Assembly: GCA_963733055.1 (NCBI GenBank)
Contig: CAVTBR010000001.1
Coordinates: forward strand, 576,001 to 640,000
Length of the DNA: 64,000 nucleotides
Source of the DNA: Candidatus Bathyarchaeota archaeon
GTDB taxonomy: Archaea > Thermoproteota > Bathyarchaeia > 40CM-2-53-6
Reading direction: 5' to 3'
A model generated the notes under the pieces. That model saw nothing but the letters and a program-made list of their open reading frames with translations. It made no database searches and was not told the origin of the DNA. Numbering within the stretch: the first letter of the stretch is position 1; every line of letters begins with the position of its first letter. Both the position numbers and the translations under genes were made by a program. Shown one piece after another: positions 18,998 through 29,720 of the stretch.

Positions 18998-20368
18998 ATG
19001 ATGTTGGTGTACCGCGACAAAATCGCAAAACTTCTCCTAGTCACCATAATTTTGACGTATGTTGTCGTCGCGTGCCTCTTCAGTTTCACCGTGCCATTGT
19101 ATGAGGCCCCAGACGAACCTCACCATCTATTGTATGTTGACTTCATCGCCGCAAATCATAGATTACCGAACCTAAACACCGCAGACAGGGCTAGTGTTCC
19201 GAACGAAGGATATCAGCTCCCGCTCTACTATGTTTTGGCGGCCGGGCTGCTTAATCTCCTTGGTAGAAGTCGAGTCGACCCAGCAATACAGATAAATCCG
19301 GCTTATCTTGCGGGCGTACCTAACGTGCTGAATGAATATCTTCATTCACCCAACGAGTATCTCCAACCAGACGCCCTAGTAGTGCATTTCCTACGGCTTT
19401 TCTCCATACTTTGGGGCGCCGTGACAGTATATCTAACCTACAAGATCGCTCGCACCATACAGCTAGAGACTTACATAGCGCTTCTCGCGGCCGCGATCAA
19501 CGCCTTCATTCCAGAGTTTCTCTTTCTAACTGGAATCGTGAGCAATGACAGCATGTCTTGGGCGATGTCCTCATTGGTCATACTACTAACCTTACGCTTG
19601 TACATGAACAAAGACGTAGATTGGCACAATATCCTCTATTTGGGAGTGGCATTGGGCGCAGCTTTACTGACGAAAGCGACTTTGATAATTCTCATCCCCT
19701 TCGTCATTGCAGTGATCATCCTGAAGGCCTCTTCAGGAGAGGGACGGAGAATTAGACCCAAACTCTTCAAAGTTACGTTGAGCTTGGTTGTGATAGTCGC
19801 GTTGTTGGCGGGATGGTGGTACGTTAGAAGCATTGTACTCTACAATGATTTCACGGGGTTGAAGATGTGGGTGGAACTCAACCCATCTCTGATTGTAAAG
19901 AAGAGCATCTGGTCACCATACTTTGAAACAATCTTTCCGATTTGGGTATTCTCGAGCTTTTGGGCAGTTTTTGGATGGATGGATGTATGGCCTAATCAAA
20001 TCTTCTTCGTGTTTTACGGTATGCTCTGCTCGGTAGGAGGAATTGGCGCAATTGTAGAAACCTTTGACCCGTCGGGTACTCCGAGTTCAGGTTCGAAAAT
20101 AAGGCTTACGCAATTGATGCTAATTGGTTTCTTCGCGCTCGCTCTTGCTGCACTCATTTGGGCAAACTTAACAATAAGTATGCCCCAAGGCCGGGAACTC
20201 TTTGACGCGCTATCCGCAGTTTGCATTCTCTTGGCTCAAGGATTGAGCCGTGCTCTCAGAACAAAATCCGACTGGTTTCCACGCATCGTCCTCTCAGGAT
20301 TAGTGGTTGTGATGTTCGCCCTGAGCATTCATTTCCTACTCTTCCTTAGAGCCATCTACGCGATATAG
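18998..20368 (+). CDS. GT-C fold (GT39/ArnT-like) membrane glycosyltransferase
   Basis: PLYEAPDEPHH, YQLPLYY, VSNDS, LLTK, WWYVR, SFWAVFGW and QGR motifs. Confidence 0.8.
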   Translation: MMLVYRDKIAKLLLVTIILTYVVVACLFSFTVPLYEAPDEPHHLLYVDFIAANHRLPNLNTADRASVPNEGYQLPLYYVLAAGLLNLLGRSRVDPAIQINPAYLAGVPNVLNEYLHSPNEYLQPDALVVHFLRLFSILWGAVTVYLTYKIARTIQLETYIALLAAAINAFIPEFLFLTGIVSNDSMSWAMSSLVILLTLRLYMNKDVDWHNILYLGVALGAALLTKATLIILIPFVIAVIILKASSGEGRRIRPKLFKVTLSLVVIVALLAGWWYVRSIVLYNDFTGLKMWVELNPSLIVKKSIWSPYFETIFPIWVFSSFWAVFGWMDVWPNQIFFVFYGMLCSVGGIGAIVETFDPSGTPSSGSKIRLTQLMLIGFFALALAALIWANLTISMPQGRELFDALSAVCILLAQGLSRALRTKSDWFPRIVLSGLVVVMFALSIHFLLFLRAIYAI

Positions 20369-20423
20369 GAGGCATAGCGGTTGCCAATCTTATTCGGCAC
20401 CTTGCGCAAGGCAAGATGCAAAT

Positions 20424-21398
20424 ATGGACATGGATTGCTTGCGCAACATGTTAAGCGGAGTCAATACACACTTGAACCCCGAAAAACCTGAACCTGTGCG
20501 AGTTCTGCTTGACGTCTACGAGAGGCGCCCCGACCTTCAAGAAGCTTTTCCAGAGGTGAAGAACCGAAATCTTCAACGTCTCATCAACTGGGCAGCAGCA
20601 GTTGTTTCGCAAGGAGGTTTCGAAACCGATTATTCAACGCTACTTGCTCATCGTTCTTGGTACCTTGCCAATGCCAACAAGGTTCGAGCGACGCATATTT
20701 TTGCGGACATTCTCTTGCATGTAAACAAACCACTGGTTCATGCGTTGAAAGGTCTCTTCGATGCCAATGCCAACGAAAACAAGATTCGAGAATCGCAAGA
20801 TATTTTTGAAGACATTCTCTTGCATGTAAACCAACCACTGGTTCATTCGTTGAAAGGTGTCTTCGATGAAACCGATATTTCAGAACACCTAACAACGCTT
20901 TCTATGTTGAGTGTAGAGTTTGAACTGAGGAATATATTGGAGCTAGGAGTGCGAACCGGAGAATCCACGGTTGCACTTACCGAAGCGGCGTCAGCAATAG
21001 AGGGTCACGTTTTCAGTGTGGATCTGTACGACTGCGTGGAGGCAAAGAGAAGAATCCGTGACTTCGGCTTGGAGAAGCGTTGGACATTCATCCAAGGTAA
21101 CGATCTGGAGGTAGCCGCTGAATGGACAACTCCCATCGATCACTTGTTCATAGACACAACGCATCTTTATTCTCACACCCTTCTCGAGCTTGAGGCCTTT
21201 GAATCCCACGTTCGGAAAGGAGGCTTCATCTCATTGCATGATTCGGTTTCGTCTACGGGCGTGATAGAGGCGGTAAAAGAATTTGTCCGACGGCATGCTG
21301 GCAGGTTTCGGTTTTATCATTACGTCAACTCTAATGGGTTGACTGTTCTGAGAAATGTTGGCTTAAGCAGCGGAGAACGGAATGTAACATCGTTCTAA
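20424..21398 (+). CDS. Class I SAM-dependent methyltransferase (Methyltransf_24-like) with N-terminal RPDLQxAFP module
   Basis: ILELGVRTGEST, SVD, IDHLFIDTTHLY and GGFISLHD motifs; start codon uncertain. Confidence 0.82.
   Translation: MDMDCLRNMLSGVNTHLNPEKPEPVRVLLDVYERRPDLQEAFPEVKNRNLQRLINWAAAVVSQGGFETDYSTLLAHRSWYLANANKVRATHIFADILLHVNKPLVHALKGLFDANANENKIRESQDIFEDILLHVNQPLVHSLKGVFDETDISEHLTTLSMLSVEFELRNILELGVRTGESTVALTEAASAIEGHVFSVDLYDCVEAKRRIRDFGLEKRWTFIQGNDLEVAAEWTTPIDHLFIDTTHLYSHTLLELEAFESHVRKGGFISLHDSVSSTGVIEAVKEFVRRHAGRFRFYHYVNSNGLTVLRNVGLSSGERNVTSF
20695..20868 (+). repeat. Intragenic direct repeat, two ~69-nt copies 105 nt apart
   Basis: 20695-20763 and 20800-20868 encode IFADILLHVNKPLVHALKGLFD and IFEDILLHVNQPLVHSLKGVFD. 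Confidence 0.9.
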
Positions 21399-21511
21399 CC
21401 AAAAGTAAGGTTTCTCCGCGGGTTTGTCACGACGTGAAAAACCTGACGACTCTAGAAGATGAATCGGTCTTAGGGCCGATTAGGTTTAGCGGAGTTTCGG
21501 GACGCGCATTG

Positions 21512-23334
21512 TTAGTCTAGAACAAAATAAGCTACGTTTTGCTCATAATAGAAATAAGGGCCATTCAATGCCACTATTTCAAGCGAGAGTGTGTGCTGGC
21601 CCTTTGCTAGAATTAATGCAGAGAATGAAGCGATGTAGCCAGAATACTCAAAGCGGGAATTTCGATAGGCGGCTGCCACGTCTGGTCTGTCTCCGCCATA
21701 AAGTGTAGGCAATTCAAGTTTTCCATCGATGACTATGAAGACCGCACGAGCCGTAGCGTTGGTCTGTTTATCCGCTGCCCAACCAGTGATGGTTATCGTC
21801 TCCTCTTGGTCCGAGTGAATTATGACGGGCGAACTGGTGTTGGACGCGATTCGCCCGTTTATCGTATCTAGAGAAAAGTAGGTGTCCGAACCGATGGAAG
21901 TCATAGATGATGTGGTAATGGCTGGTCCTCCAAATACGTTAAGTCGATTCTGTTCAAGAAAATTAGCTCGTTCTCGTACTACCGCCGCAGGCGTGTAGAG
22001 ATTGCCTTGTATGTTCTCATCCGATTGTATCTGGTAGGTCTTCAGTACATATGCACTCATTTCCCTCGATGATCTCCAATTCGCTCCCTCCTGCCAGCCC
22101 CCACTGTAAGAAATAACCAGACCTATTAGAAACACCGCTAGGAGAACTTTGACCCAGACTCTATAATTCATCGCAATTGATCTTCCTGACTTAGCCCTTC
22201 CATTCGTAACCCGTTCTCTACTAGGTGATTTCTGAGCGACCGTTATTGCCAACAAGTACAACCCAACTATCCCAAGCGACGTCACCGGCGTATATCTAGA
22301 GTTCAGAGCGTACGCTACTCCAAAGCCACCTCTTCCTATTGTGGAAGCTAGAGCGGATAATGCTCCGAAGAAAGTCAAAGATAGAAAGACACTGCCAGCC
22401 TTCAACATGTTTATCCGGTATGCCTGTCGCAACACAGCTGCTAAAACTAGAATCATGGTCAAACCAAAGGCAGCGGCCGTCGTTACGTCGAAAGAGAACG
22501 GCGCTCCGACCAGAGATAGGAAGTAGGCAATGCCTCCGAACGGTGTGCGAAAACGTATTCCCACGAAGGAAGGCCGCTGGGTCTAGTCCAGCCGTAGAAA
22601 TATGTTCCAGTCACAATTGACCCAGCAATAATCCACGTCAATGACCCGCGGATGTTCTGATTCCGACCATGCATGAGAATCTGATAGAGACCGACTGGCC
22701 AGACCAACAGTCCTTCCAGAGTTGAAAAGGAAGCAACAGTAGCCGTCACAAGAGCAACAATGAACGACTGAGTCGATCTCGAGCGCTCATCCAATAATGC
22801 GAAGGTTGACACGGCTGCGAATATTAGCAGATAAATCTCAAGGGAAGTGAAGCCCCACAAGATGCTGTCAGTTTGTCTAAAGCTGAAGAGGAGAAACGAA
22901 GCAGGTACGAAAAACAAAACCATTTTTGGATCTTTATGAGACTTGACCCAGTAGATATAGAGGAGTAAGACTGCTGTCAAAGTGAGCAGAAACCAACCGA
23001 GAAAGGTTTCGATCACGGCGTTGAACCCTGTGAGCTTCTCGGTGACAAGTGTGAGGAGGTTTGGAAAAAGAGGTCTGTGCTCGTTATGCTGAGCGAACAC
23101 ATCACTGACTGATAATCTTCCTTGGTTCAGTTTTTCCAAAAGCGGAACCATATCCCATTCGTCCCAGAAGACAACGTTCACGCCAAAAACCGCAATGTAA
23201 TACGCGAGCGCCACGGAAGGAAGCATCGCGAGGGACGCGTAGATGGTAAGCATGGTACGAGCGCGCAGGCCTTTTCTGAATCGACTTCCGACTCCTTCCT
23301 CTTTCGGTAACCGCAACGCCAACCTAGGATTCAC
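21512..23334 (-). CDS. GT-C-like membrane protein (WDEW/QHNEHR family) with C-terminal Ig-like domain; apparent frameshift at ~22543
   Basis: Adding one C (caccg to cacccg on the coding strand) joins the two ORFs as WEYVFAHPFGGIAYFL. C-terminal TITGWA..RPDVAAAY..SGY..GQHTL beta-sandwich. Confidence 0.75.
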
Positions 23335-23830
23335 GCCGCAATATTGTTATTTTATCATCATTGTCCTATCCATCAGGATCAATGCATGTTCAGCAACATC
23401 TCTCCCGCGCCAACAATTACGTCTTACTACCATTCGCCGCGTCGCCTTGCGAGGTCCGCCCACGGTGACTCACTCACACCAATTCGTTACACAAATCCAA
23501 TACAAATACAATGGCAGTCCAGAACAGTTTACCGGTTAGCGCCCTCTGACTGACAACTTGACAACACAGTCAGCGGCACAAGCCATAAGCAGCAACTGAG
23601 TTGGGTTGAATGATTCAATCAACAACGTGGAACATCGCGATCGATCTTGTGAGTTCCAGCAATAACACACCCTCATCCTTTCACACCACACGTGAGGTCA
23701 CCGTTACCCAATTGGCGCAACTCAACGACCTCACATTGTTCAGGTGTGATGAACAAAGTAATTAAAGGTTCGAGTTGTTCAAGTGTTATTCGCGCGCGTT
23801 CTATCGGATCCTTAGAAGGCTCATAGTAGG

Positions 23831-25270
23831 TTGCGTCTTCTCCACTCCAGTCATCTGCAGTTGGTGGTTGTCTTACTAGTGCTCGGTTTCTTCACTTTTT
23901 TTTCGTTAGCTAAGATGTCCTTCTATCCTGATGAGAGTTTTTTCATCTCTGAAGGAATTCATGCGTTTTCACTCGTTCGAGAAGGGAGGCTGTTTGATCC
24001 CTGGTGGACTGCGAGATCGCCATGGTACACAGTTAGCCCTCCGCTATCCGAACTAGTCTTCGGTATGGCTGAATATCTCACCGGCACGTCAAGCGGCAGC
24101 TGGTATTTCTTCATACCGACTGGTTTGGTTGGTCAAATTCCGCCTCTCCACATCGTGTGGGTAGCAAGAGTGGCTTCTGCTGTGGTAGCGATGCTAACGT
24201 TGCCCTTGGTGTATTTGATAGGTCGCAAACTGAGTAGCCACCTGACAGGTCTGACGGCTGTTATCTTCCTAGGCTTGGATACTCTATGGCTTATGTCCGC
24301 TAGGAGAGCCATGGCTGATATCTTTGGAACTATTTTCTCGGTCGCGGCAATATTGCTATTCCTGGTTTACGCGAATTCGAAGGATTTCAAGGCTCTCTTG
24401 TTATGTGGTGTTGCTCAAGGTTTGGCCTTGGCGTCAAAGTACACTTCGATATTTGGATTAGTGGCAACTGCTCTTCTACTCCTCATTCTATCTGAGAGGC
24501 GTTTTTCAACGCGTGAGTTAGCAGTAAACGAGGTAGTCTTCGTCGGAATCTCAATCTCGCTGCCTATCCTACTGAACCCGTTTTTCTACCCCGATCCTAT
24601 ACATGGCGCTTTAACACTGGCCAAGTACATGTCCGGCGGATTTCAATTTGCAGGCCTAAGGCCGGGCCAATCAAACCCAATTGAAACACTTCTTGGAGTA
24701 ATCGGGTCATTGTTGGTTCCTATCTCGCCCAATTACTCTACTTACACAACCGTAGCAACATCAATCCTTTTTGTGATAGGATTCGTGATGTTGGCGTGTG
24801 ACCTTAGAAAAGGCCCTAAGGAGAATGTTACGGGTGCAGTTTTGCTGACATGGCTTGGAGTATATGTAGTTGGCATGTCGCTCACGCTTAGGGTGATTTG
24901 GGTTTACCGCTACTATCTGCCTCTCATTCCGGTAATCTCCTTGATCTCGGCTTATGGTTTGTCGATATTGGTGAAAGGCATGGGCCCACGACTATCTGCC
25001 TTAATCGTCTCTCTGCTAACGCTCAGTATGGTGCTTAACGTTCTAGCATTTTACCCTGAGTTCTATCAAGGTGTAACGAGCAACGATTGGGGAACGCTCC
25101 AACTTGCAGTTCTTGAACCACTTGGCATAACTTCAGTTGCCCTAAGTGCATTGGCATTTGCGATGGCGTTGTTTTGGAGAAGATCGCTAACTTCAAGAAT
25201 CCTGCATCGGCCAACGAAGCTCGCCAAACGGCCGCCAGATCAAAGTTCTGCCTTAGTGAGGCTTACATGA
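23831..25270 (+). CDS. PMT/GT39-like membrane glycosyltransferase
   Basis: FYPDES luminal DE motif, SPPLS, RRAMADIF, LALASKY and RYYLPLIP motifs. Confidence 0.8.
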   Translation: MRLLHSSHLQLVVVLLVLGFFTFFSLAKMSFYPDESFFISEGIHAFSLVREGRLFDPWWTARSPWYTVSPPLSELVFGMAEYLTGTSSGSWYFFIPTGLVGQIPPLHIVWVARVASAVVAMLTLPLVYLIGRKLSSHLTGLTAVIFLGLDTLWLMSARRAMADIFGTIFSVAAILLFLVYANSKDFKALLLCGVAQGLALASKYTSIFGLVATALLLLILSERRFSTRELAVNEVVFVGISISLPILLNPFFYPDPIHGALTLAKYMSGGFQFAGLRPGQSNPIETLLGVIGSLLVPISPNYSTYTTVATSILFVIGFVMLACDLRKGPKENVTGAVLLTWLGVYVVGMSLTLRVIWVYRYYLPLIPVISLISAYGLSILVKGMGPRLSALIVSLLTLSMVLNVLAFYPEFYQGVTSNDWGTLQLAVLEPLGITSVALSALAFAMALFWRRSLTSRILHRPTKLAKRPPDQSSALVRLT

Positions 25271-25614
25271 AGAATATGGTTCGTTAGCTGGTGAGCTTTG
25301 AGACTGATTACCGTATCCCAGCTTCGTTTTCTGTTATGTTGTCCTGATTATTTGAATTTGATTCGCCTAGAATCTATAAGTGTGTGATACTACTGGTGCG
25401 CACACGCATTTTCTAACGGCAGAGTACGACGGTTCAAATTTGGGCGAATTGAAGTCGTAGGTGTTTACAGTGGCGTTTGCCACACTCAGCATTTACCAAT
25501 TAAGAGGCAAAGGTAAAACGCAAAGGATGGGCGAGACTAAGCCACTCCAACCAGAACGTGCTACGCTCGAAAAGTGTGATAAGAGCGCGGGACTGAACAC
25601 ATGAACGGTACCAA

Positions 25615-26592
25615 ATGAATAGAAGAGAGTTCCTCAAGGTATCAGGAAACTTATTCGCCGCAGCAGGTTTCGGGTATGCACTGAAACAGGCTGGAATAGA
25701 AACACTGCTTCCAGAAGTGTTGGCATCAAATATCCACTTAGAGTCTAATGTTCCTTCGATAAATGTCCCAATCTCTAATGAGCCGCTGAACATTCCTATG
25801 GACGGTCAGTGGCATGACACTTGGACCGACTCAACAAAAATTGATCTGGTGAACACGCTAGGCGGTACTTACCCCTACAGCGGAAAGACTGGCTACGCAT
25901 TTGCCGGCCTCAAGTGTGACCAAGACTACATCTATTGTTATGTTGAGTACCTCCCTCCTCCGGACGATTCAGGAAAAAGAGCTTTCAACCCCAACGAACT
26001 CCTGATTCTTTTAGACACCAAAGATGAGGGTTGGGCGATCCCTCACAGTGATGACTATTTATTCGATGTAAAACCGTCTGAGATTTCGGAGCCATATCAC
26101 GAATTATACTATCAAACTGGGTTAGACAACCAAACCAAAGGCTGGTCAACCCCTCCCGGTTACCACGTAACTGTTAATACATTCGCAGATTCCGCATTTT
26201 CAATAATTAGCACTCCAACAATCCCTCAACACCATCCATACTACGAGTTTCTGGCTTCGAGAAATGGACTTGAAATGAGTAACCCATTTCGACTATGCCT
26301 TGTCGCCATAGACAACCACGTGGTATCACATGATAATGGCGTTACGCAATTCTGGGCGTCTTTTCCTGCCAACGATTTTGCAACTCCAGACAACATATTT
26401 TGGTGGCCTGGCGGCTGGGCGAACGTCTACCTCCAACAGCAAACCCCAACCACCTCCGTTACAAACTCGCAGCCCATCCCGAGCAAACCCTTCGATTCTG
26501 CTGAGCTGGCGGAGTTAGGTGGCGCAGTGGCACTTGGACTTGGGTTGATGGGTCTTTATTCTGGGAGAAGATCGAAGAATAAGGTTGGATAG
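25615..26592 (+). CDS. Tat-exported, C-terminally anchored beta-rich protein (possible DOMON/CBM9-like domain)
   Basis: MNRREFLK twin-arginine signal; PLNIPMDGQW..W and DQDYIY, LLDTKDEG...DDY motifs; C-terminal TM plus basic tail. Confidence 0.65.
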   Translation: MNRREFLKVSGNLFAAAGFGYALKQAGIETLLPEVLASNIHLESNVPSINVPISNEPLNIPMDGQWHDTWTDSTKIDLVNTLGGTYPYSGKTGYAFAGLKCDQDYIYCYVEYLPPPDDSGKRAFNPNELLILLDTKDEGWAIPHSDDYLFDVKPSEISEPYHELYYQTGLDNQTKGWSTPPGYHVTVNTFADSAFSIISTPTIPQHHPYYEFLASRNGLEMSNPFRLCLVAIDNHVVSHDNGVTQFWASFPANDFATPDNIFWWPGGWANVYLQQQTPTTSVTNSQPIPSKPFDSAELAELGGAVALGLGLMGLYSGRRSKNKVG

Positions 26593-26652
26593 GCAGAATT
26601 TGTGAGATGTACGACTTAGACGGCCCTCGTCAACCTTTGGTAGAGAAATATA

Positions 26653-29411
26653 TTAGACAGATTCATGCAGTCGCGGGCGAGAGCTTAGCGTATAGAGCCT
26701 GTCTTCTGACTCAAGTGACAGGTTGGCATTATAGAATGGATCGCAGCGTAATAGTTTCTTCCATTTGTTTGTGAAATATCGGAGGTCACTTCAGGAAATG
26801 TTCGCCGAGTCGCGCCTTCCAAATGATAAAGCACAGAGTATGGTGTGTAAACCGTAAGGTACCCTAGTTCATATGCTCTAATACACAAGTCTACGTCGTT
26901 GCCTCCAACCGTCAAATTCACGTCGAACCCTTTAAGGCGGTCGAAAAGTTGACGCTTGATCATCATACATGCAGCCGTTACGGCCACAGAGTTTCTGATT
27001 ATGTGGGCAAACCCAAAATAAGTAGCGTCCGAATCGGGAATTCCGCGAAATGGGTGACCGGCCGATCCCCCACAACCAAGAATTACGCCCGCGTGCTGAA
27101 TTCGCCTGTTTTTGTACAGCAGTTTGGCTCCCACGATTCCCACGTCCGCACGGCTCTCTAGAATACTGACCATCTCCTCAAGCCATCCGCATTCCATTAC
27201 TTCAGTGTCGTCGTTGAGAAACAGGAGGTAGTCTCCTTTTGCGTGTTCGGATGCAAAATTGTTGATCTTGGCGAAATTGAATTCTTCGTCATATCTGAGC
27301 ACTTCACACTCCAAAGATCGCAGATATTCCATAGTTTTGCTATTCTCGCTGCGATGGTCGACAACGATTATTTCGTAGTTCTCGTAGCTCGTCTTCGTCC
27401 TAATGCTCTCCAAACACGCCTTCAGTAGGTCTGGTTTGTCACGTGTGACAATTATTATTGAGATCAAGGGATAGTTTGCAAGCTTGTATCGAACTCGATA
27501 CCATTGATTGTAACCGTCTAAGATCTCCGCCTCAATGCCTCGACGGTTCATGGCCTCTTTCAACGCCTTCTTAGCAGCGTCTCTAGCAAATGGCTTGGCT
27601 GCAAGCGAAGAGGCGGTAGATTCACTAGTTCTGCGCCAGCTGTAAACCGGCTTCGCCACATGACCAATTCTGTTAGATCTTTCTGTCACTCGCAAGGCCA
27701 TATCATAGTCTTGAGCTCCTTCGAAACCCTCGCGAACGCTCCCTACTCCCAGAAGGACTTCTTTCCTGCATACTACCAAGTGTGGGACATAATTCATCGA
27801 AAGAAGTAAATCTGGAGACCAATCGGGTTTAAAGAACGGGTTAACTCTGCGCCCATATTCGTCGATTATGTCTTCGTCTGTGTAGATGAAATCTAATTCA
27901 GGTCGAACATTCAGTATTCGTGCAACTTCGAACAACGCGTCCTCGGCGAGTTTGTCATCATGATCTAGAAATCCAACAAATTGACCATTCGATATGGAGA
28001 GCGCTTGGGCAGTGGCTCCTGCGATTCCTTCATGCATCTTTAGAAGAGTTGCTTTAATGCGATTATCTTTTCGGGCGTAGTCGCGAATGGTCTCTCTCAA
28101 GGCATCATCTGATAAGTCATCTGCAATGCATAACTCCCAATTCGGATAGATCTGCCCTCTTACTGACTCAATTGCCTCGGTAAGCCACTTCGGATCAGGA
28201 TTATAGACGGGCATGAGAATGCTAATCGTAGGTTTCTGTGGAAAGCGGTCGATTTCCTGCCGGGCATCATTACGCATCCTCTCGGTATATGCGAAGCGCG
28301 AAATCCACTTGTTATACCTGCTCATTTTGATAGCGTTCCGTGATCGCAAACGCGCATAGAATCTGAAGGGCATCGTGATTACTTTTCTCGTGTTTGATGC
28401 GAGATTCTTTCGGAACCTATCTCTTGACGTGTTTTCCGGAAACAATCGGTTGACTTGGGATTCAAGTCGGGTCCAGAACTTGAATGCAAGAGTTTCGCAG
28501 ATGGCACTGAAGGCAACTAACTGACTCGTAATGGAAAGATAGTCTAACGAAGAATCATAAGTGGATTTTGCCCGAGCTATTAGATTCCCATACTCTCCCT
28601 GCATGACTCCAGCGAACGCAGTCTGAAGGTCCGGTCTCGATTTGTAGAGTCGTTGAAGGATATTCGCCATCTTTGACGGTTCCAAGAAGGCGCAAAACTC
28701 AGATAGGCCAGGCATATCGAAGTCTAGGCCTAAGAGTTCCGTTAACCCCGCGGGTTCAACATAAGAACTCACAAGCTGAATGTGTGAATCGCTCATTCGG
28801 CGTTCTGCTGGTACAGAAACATGTCGCGCTTCGGCATAGAGTTTTGAGTAACATAATGGCACGAGTCCCTCATACAGGATTATCGGATCGCCGTATTGCA
28901 CATCTACCACATTGAAGTCTCCACGCAGAAGCTGCTCGAGAGATCGCTTGTCGTAAAATCGCAATTGATTGGAAGGGATCGTACCCTCAAGGTACAGGCC
29001 CCGTTCCTTCAACCAAAAGTAGGAGTCACTTGCAGGAGTAGTGACCAGAAGATTCTGTCGAGAGACTCTGGCGGCTTCGTTAATTGCCTGTTCTGGTTTT
29101 TCCAACTGCTCGATTACACTACACATTAGGGCTGTGTCGAATGCCTTTTCGCGAAAACCTAATTGACCGGCATCCATAACCACAACTTCAACTCCAGCCA
29201 GTTTAGCTTCCTTCAGGTAATTCACGGACAGATCAATGCCAACACAGTACAATCCCACCTTGTTCAGTGGTTCACTATATGTACCGTACCCGCAGCCGAC
29301 ATCCAAGACCGCCTTTCCGACCCTATTTGAGAAAAATTCCAGATATCTTTGATTGGCTATACGGACAGGCCCTGCAAGACGAATTTCTTGCAAACTCGTT
29401 TCAACAGACAC
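26653..29411 (-). CDS. Methyltransferase + GT2 + GT2 multidomain glycosyltransferase (WsaE-like); apparent frameshift at ~26790
   Basis: VLDVGCGYG; ISILMPVYNP, FLDHDD, FFKPDWSPDLL, GAQDYD; second GT2 FLNDDTEV. The conserved tail YFTNKW..DPFYNANL lies in another frame ending at TAA 26653. Confidence 0.88.
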
Positions 29412-29720
29412 AGTAAATCGGCTGTGATCCCCAGCAATTTCAGTTTATTTAACGATATTCCTAGCCGAAATATGGTTGGAAATGTACCACGTTTGCAAGG
29501 TGTAACCGTCCAAGCTTATCTCAAACCAGCAAATTTTGAGCGAGGATACAAGCGGTTAGTTCGTTCTCTGACCGCTTTCAAGCCAATGGGCAACAGCCTA
29601 CTTGCCTTACTTTGATCTCTCTCAATCTGTTTGAGGAGTAACGTCTAAGCGGTATTCTAATTTGGCTTGTTAGCTTACGAAATCTCTAGGACTTTTGAAG
29701 CCAGAACAGACTAGGGCAGT

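Noticed and set aside
20401-20447. Two TTGCGCAA palindromes near the methyltransferase start
   Set aside because: Only two short copies with an uncertain start codon; insufficient support.
23580-23760. Hairpins in the divergent intergenic region (GTGAGGTC/GACCTCAC; TTGTTCA/TGAACAA) as an ncRNA
   Set aside because: Stems are short and match no RNA family I recognise; they could be chance or operators.
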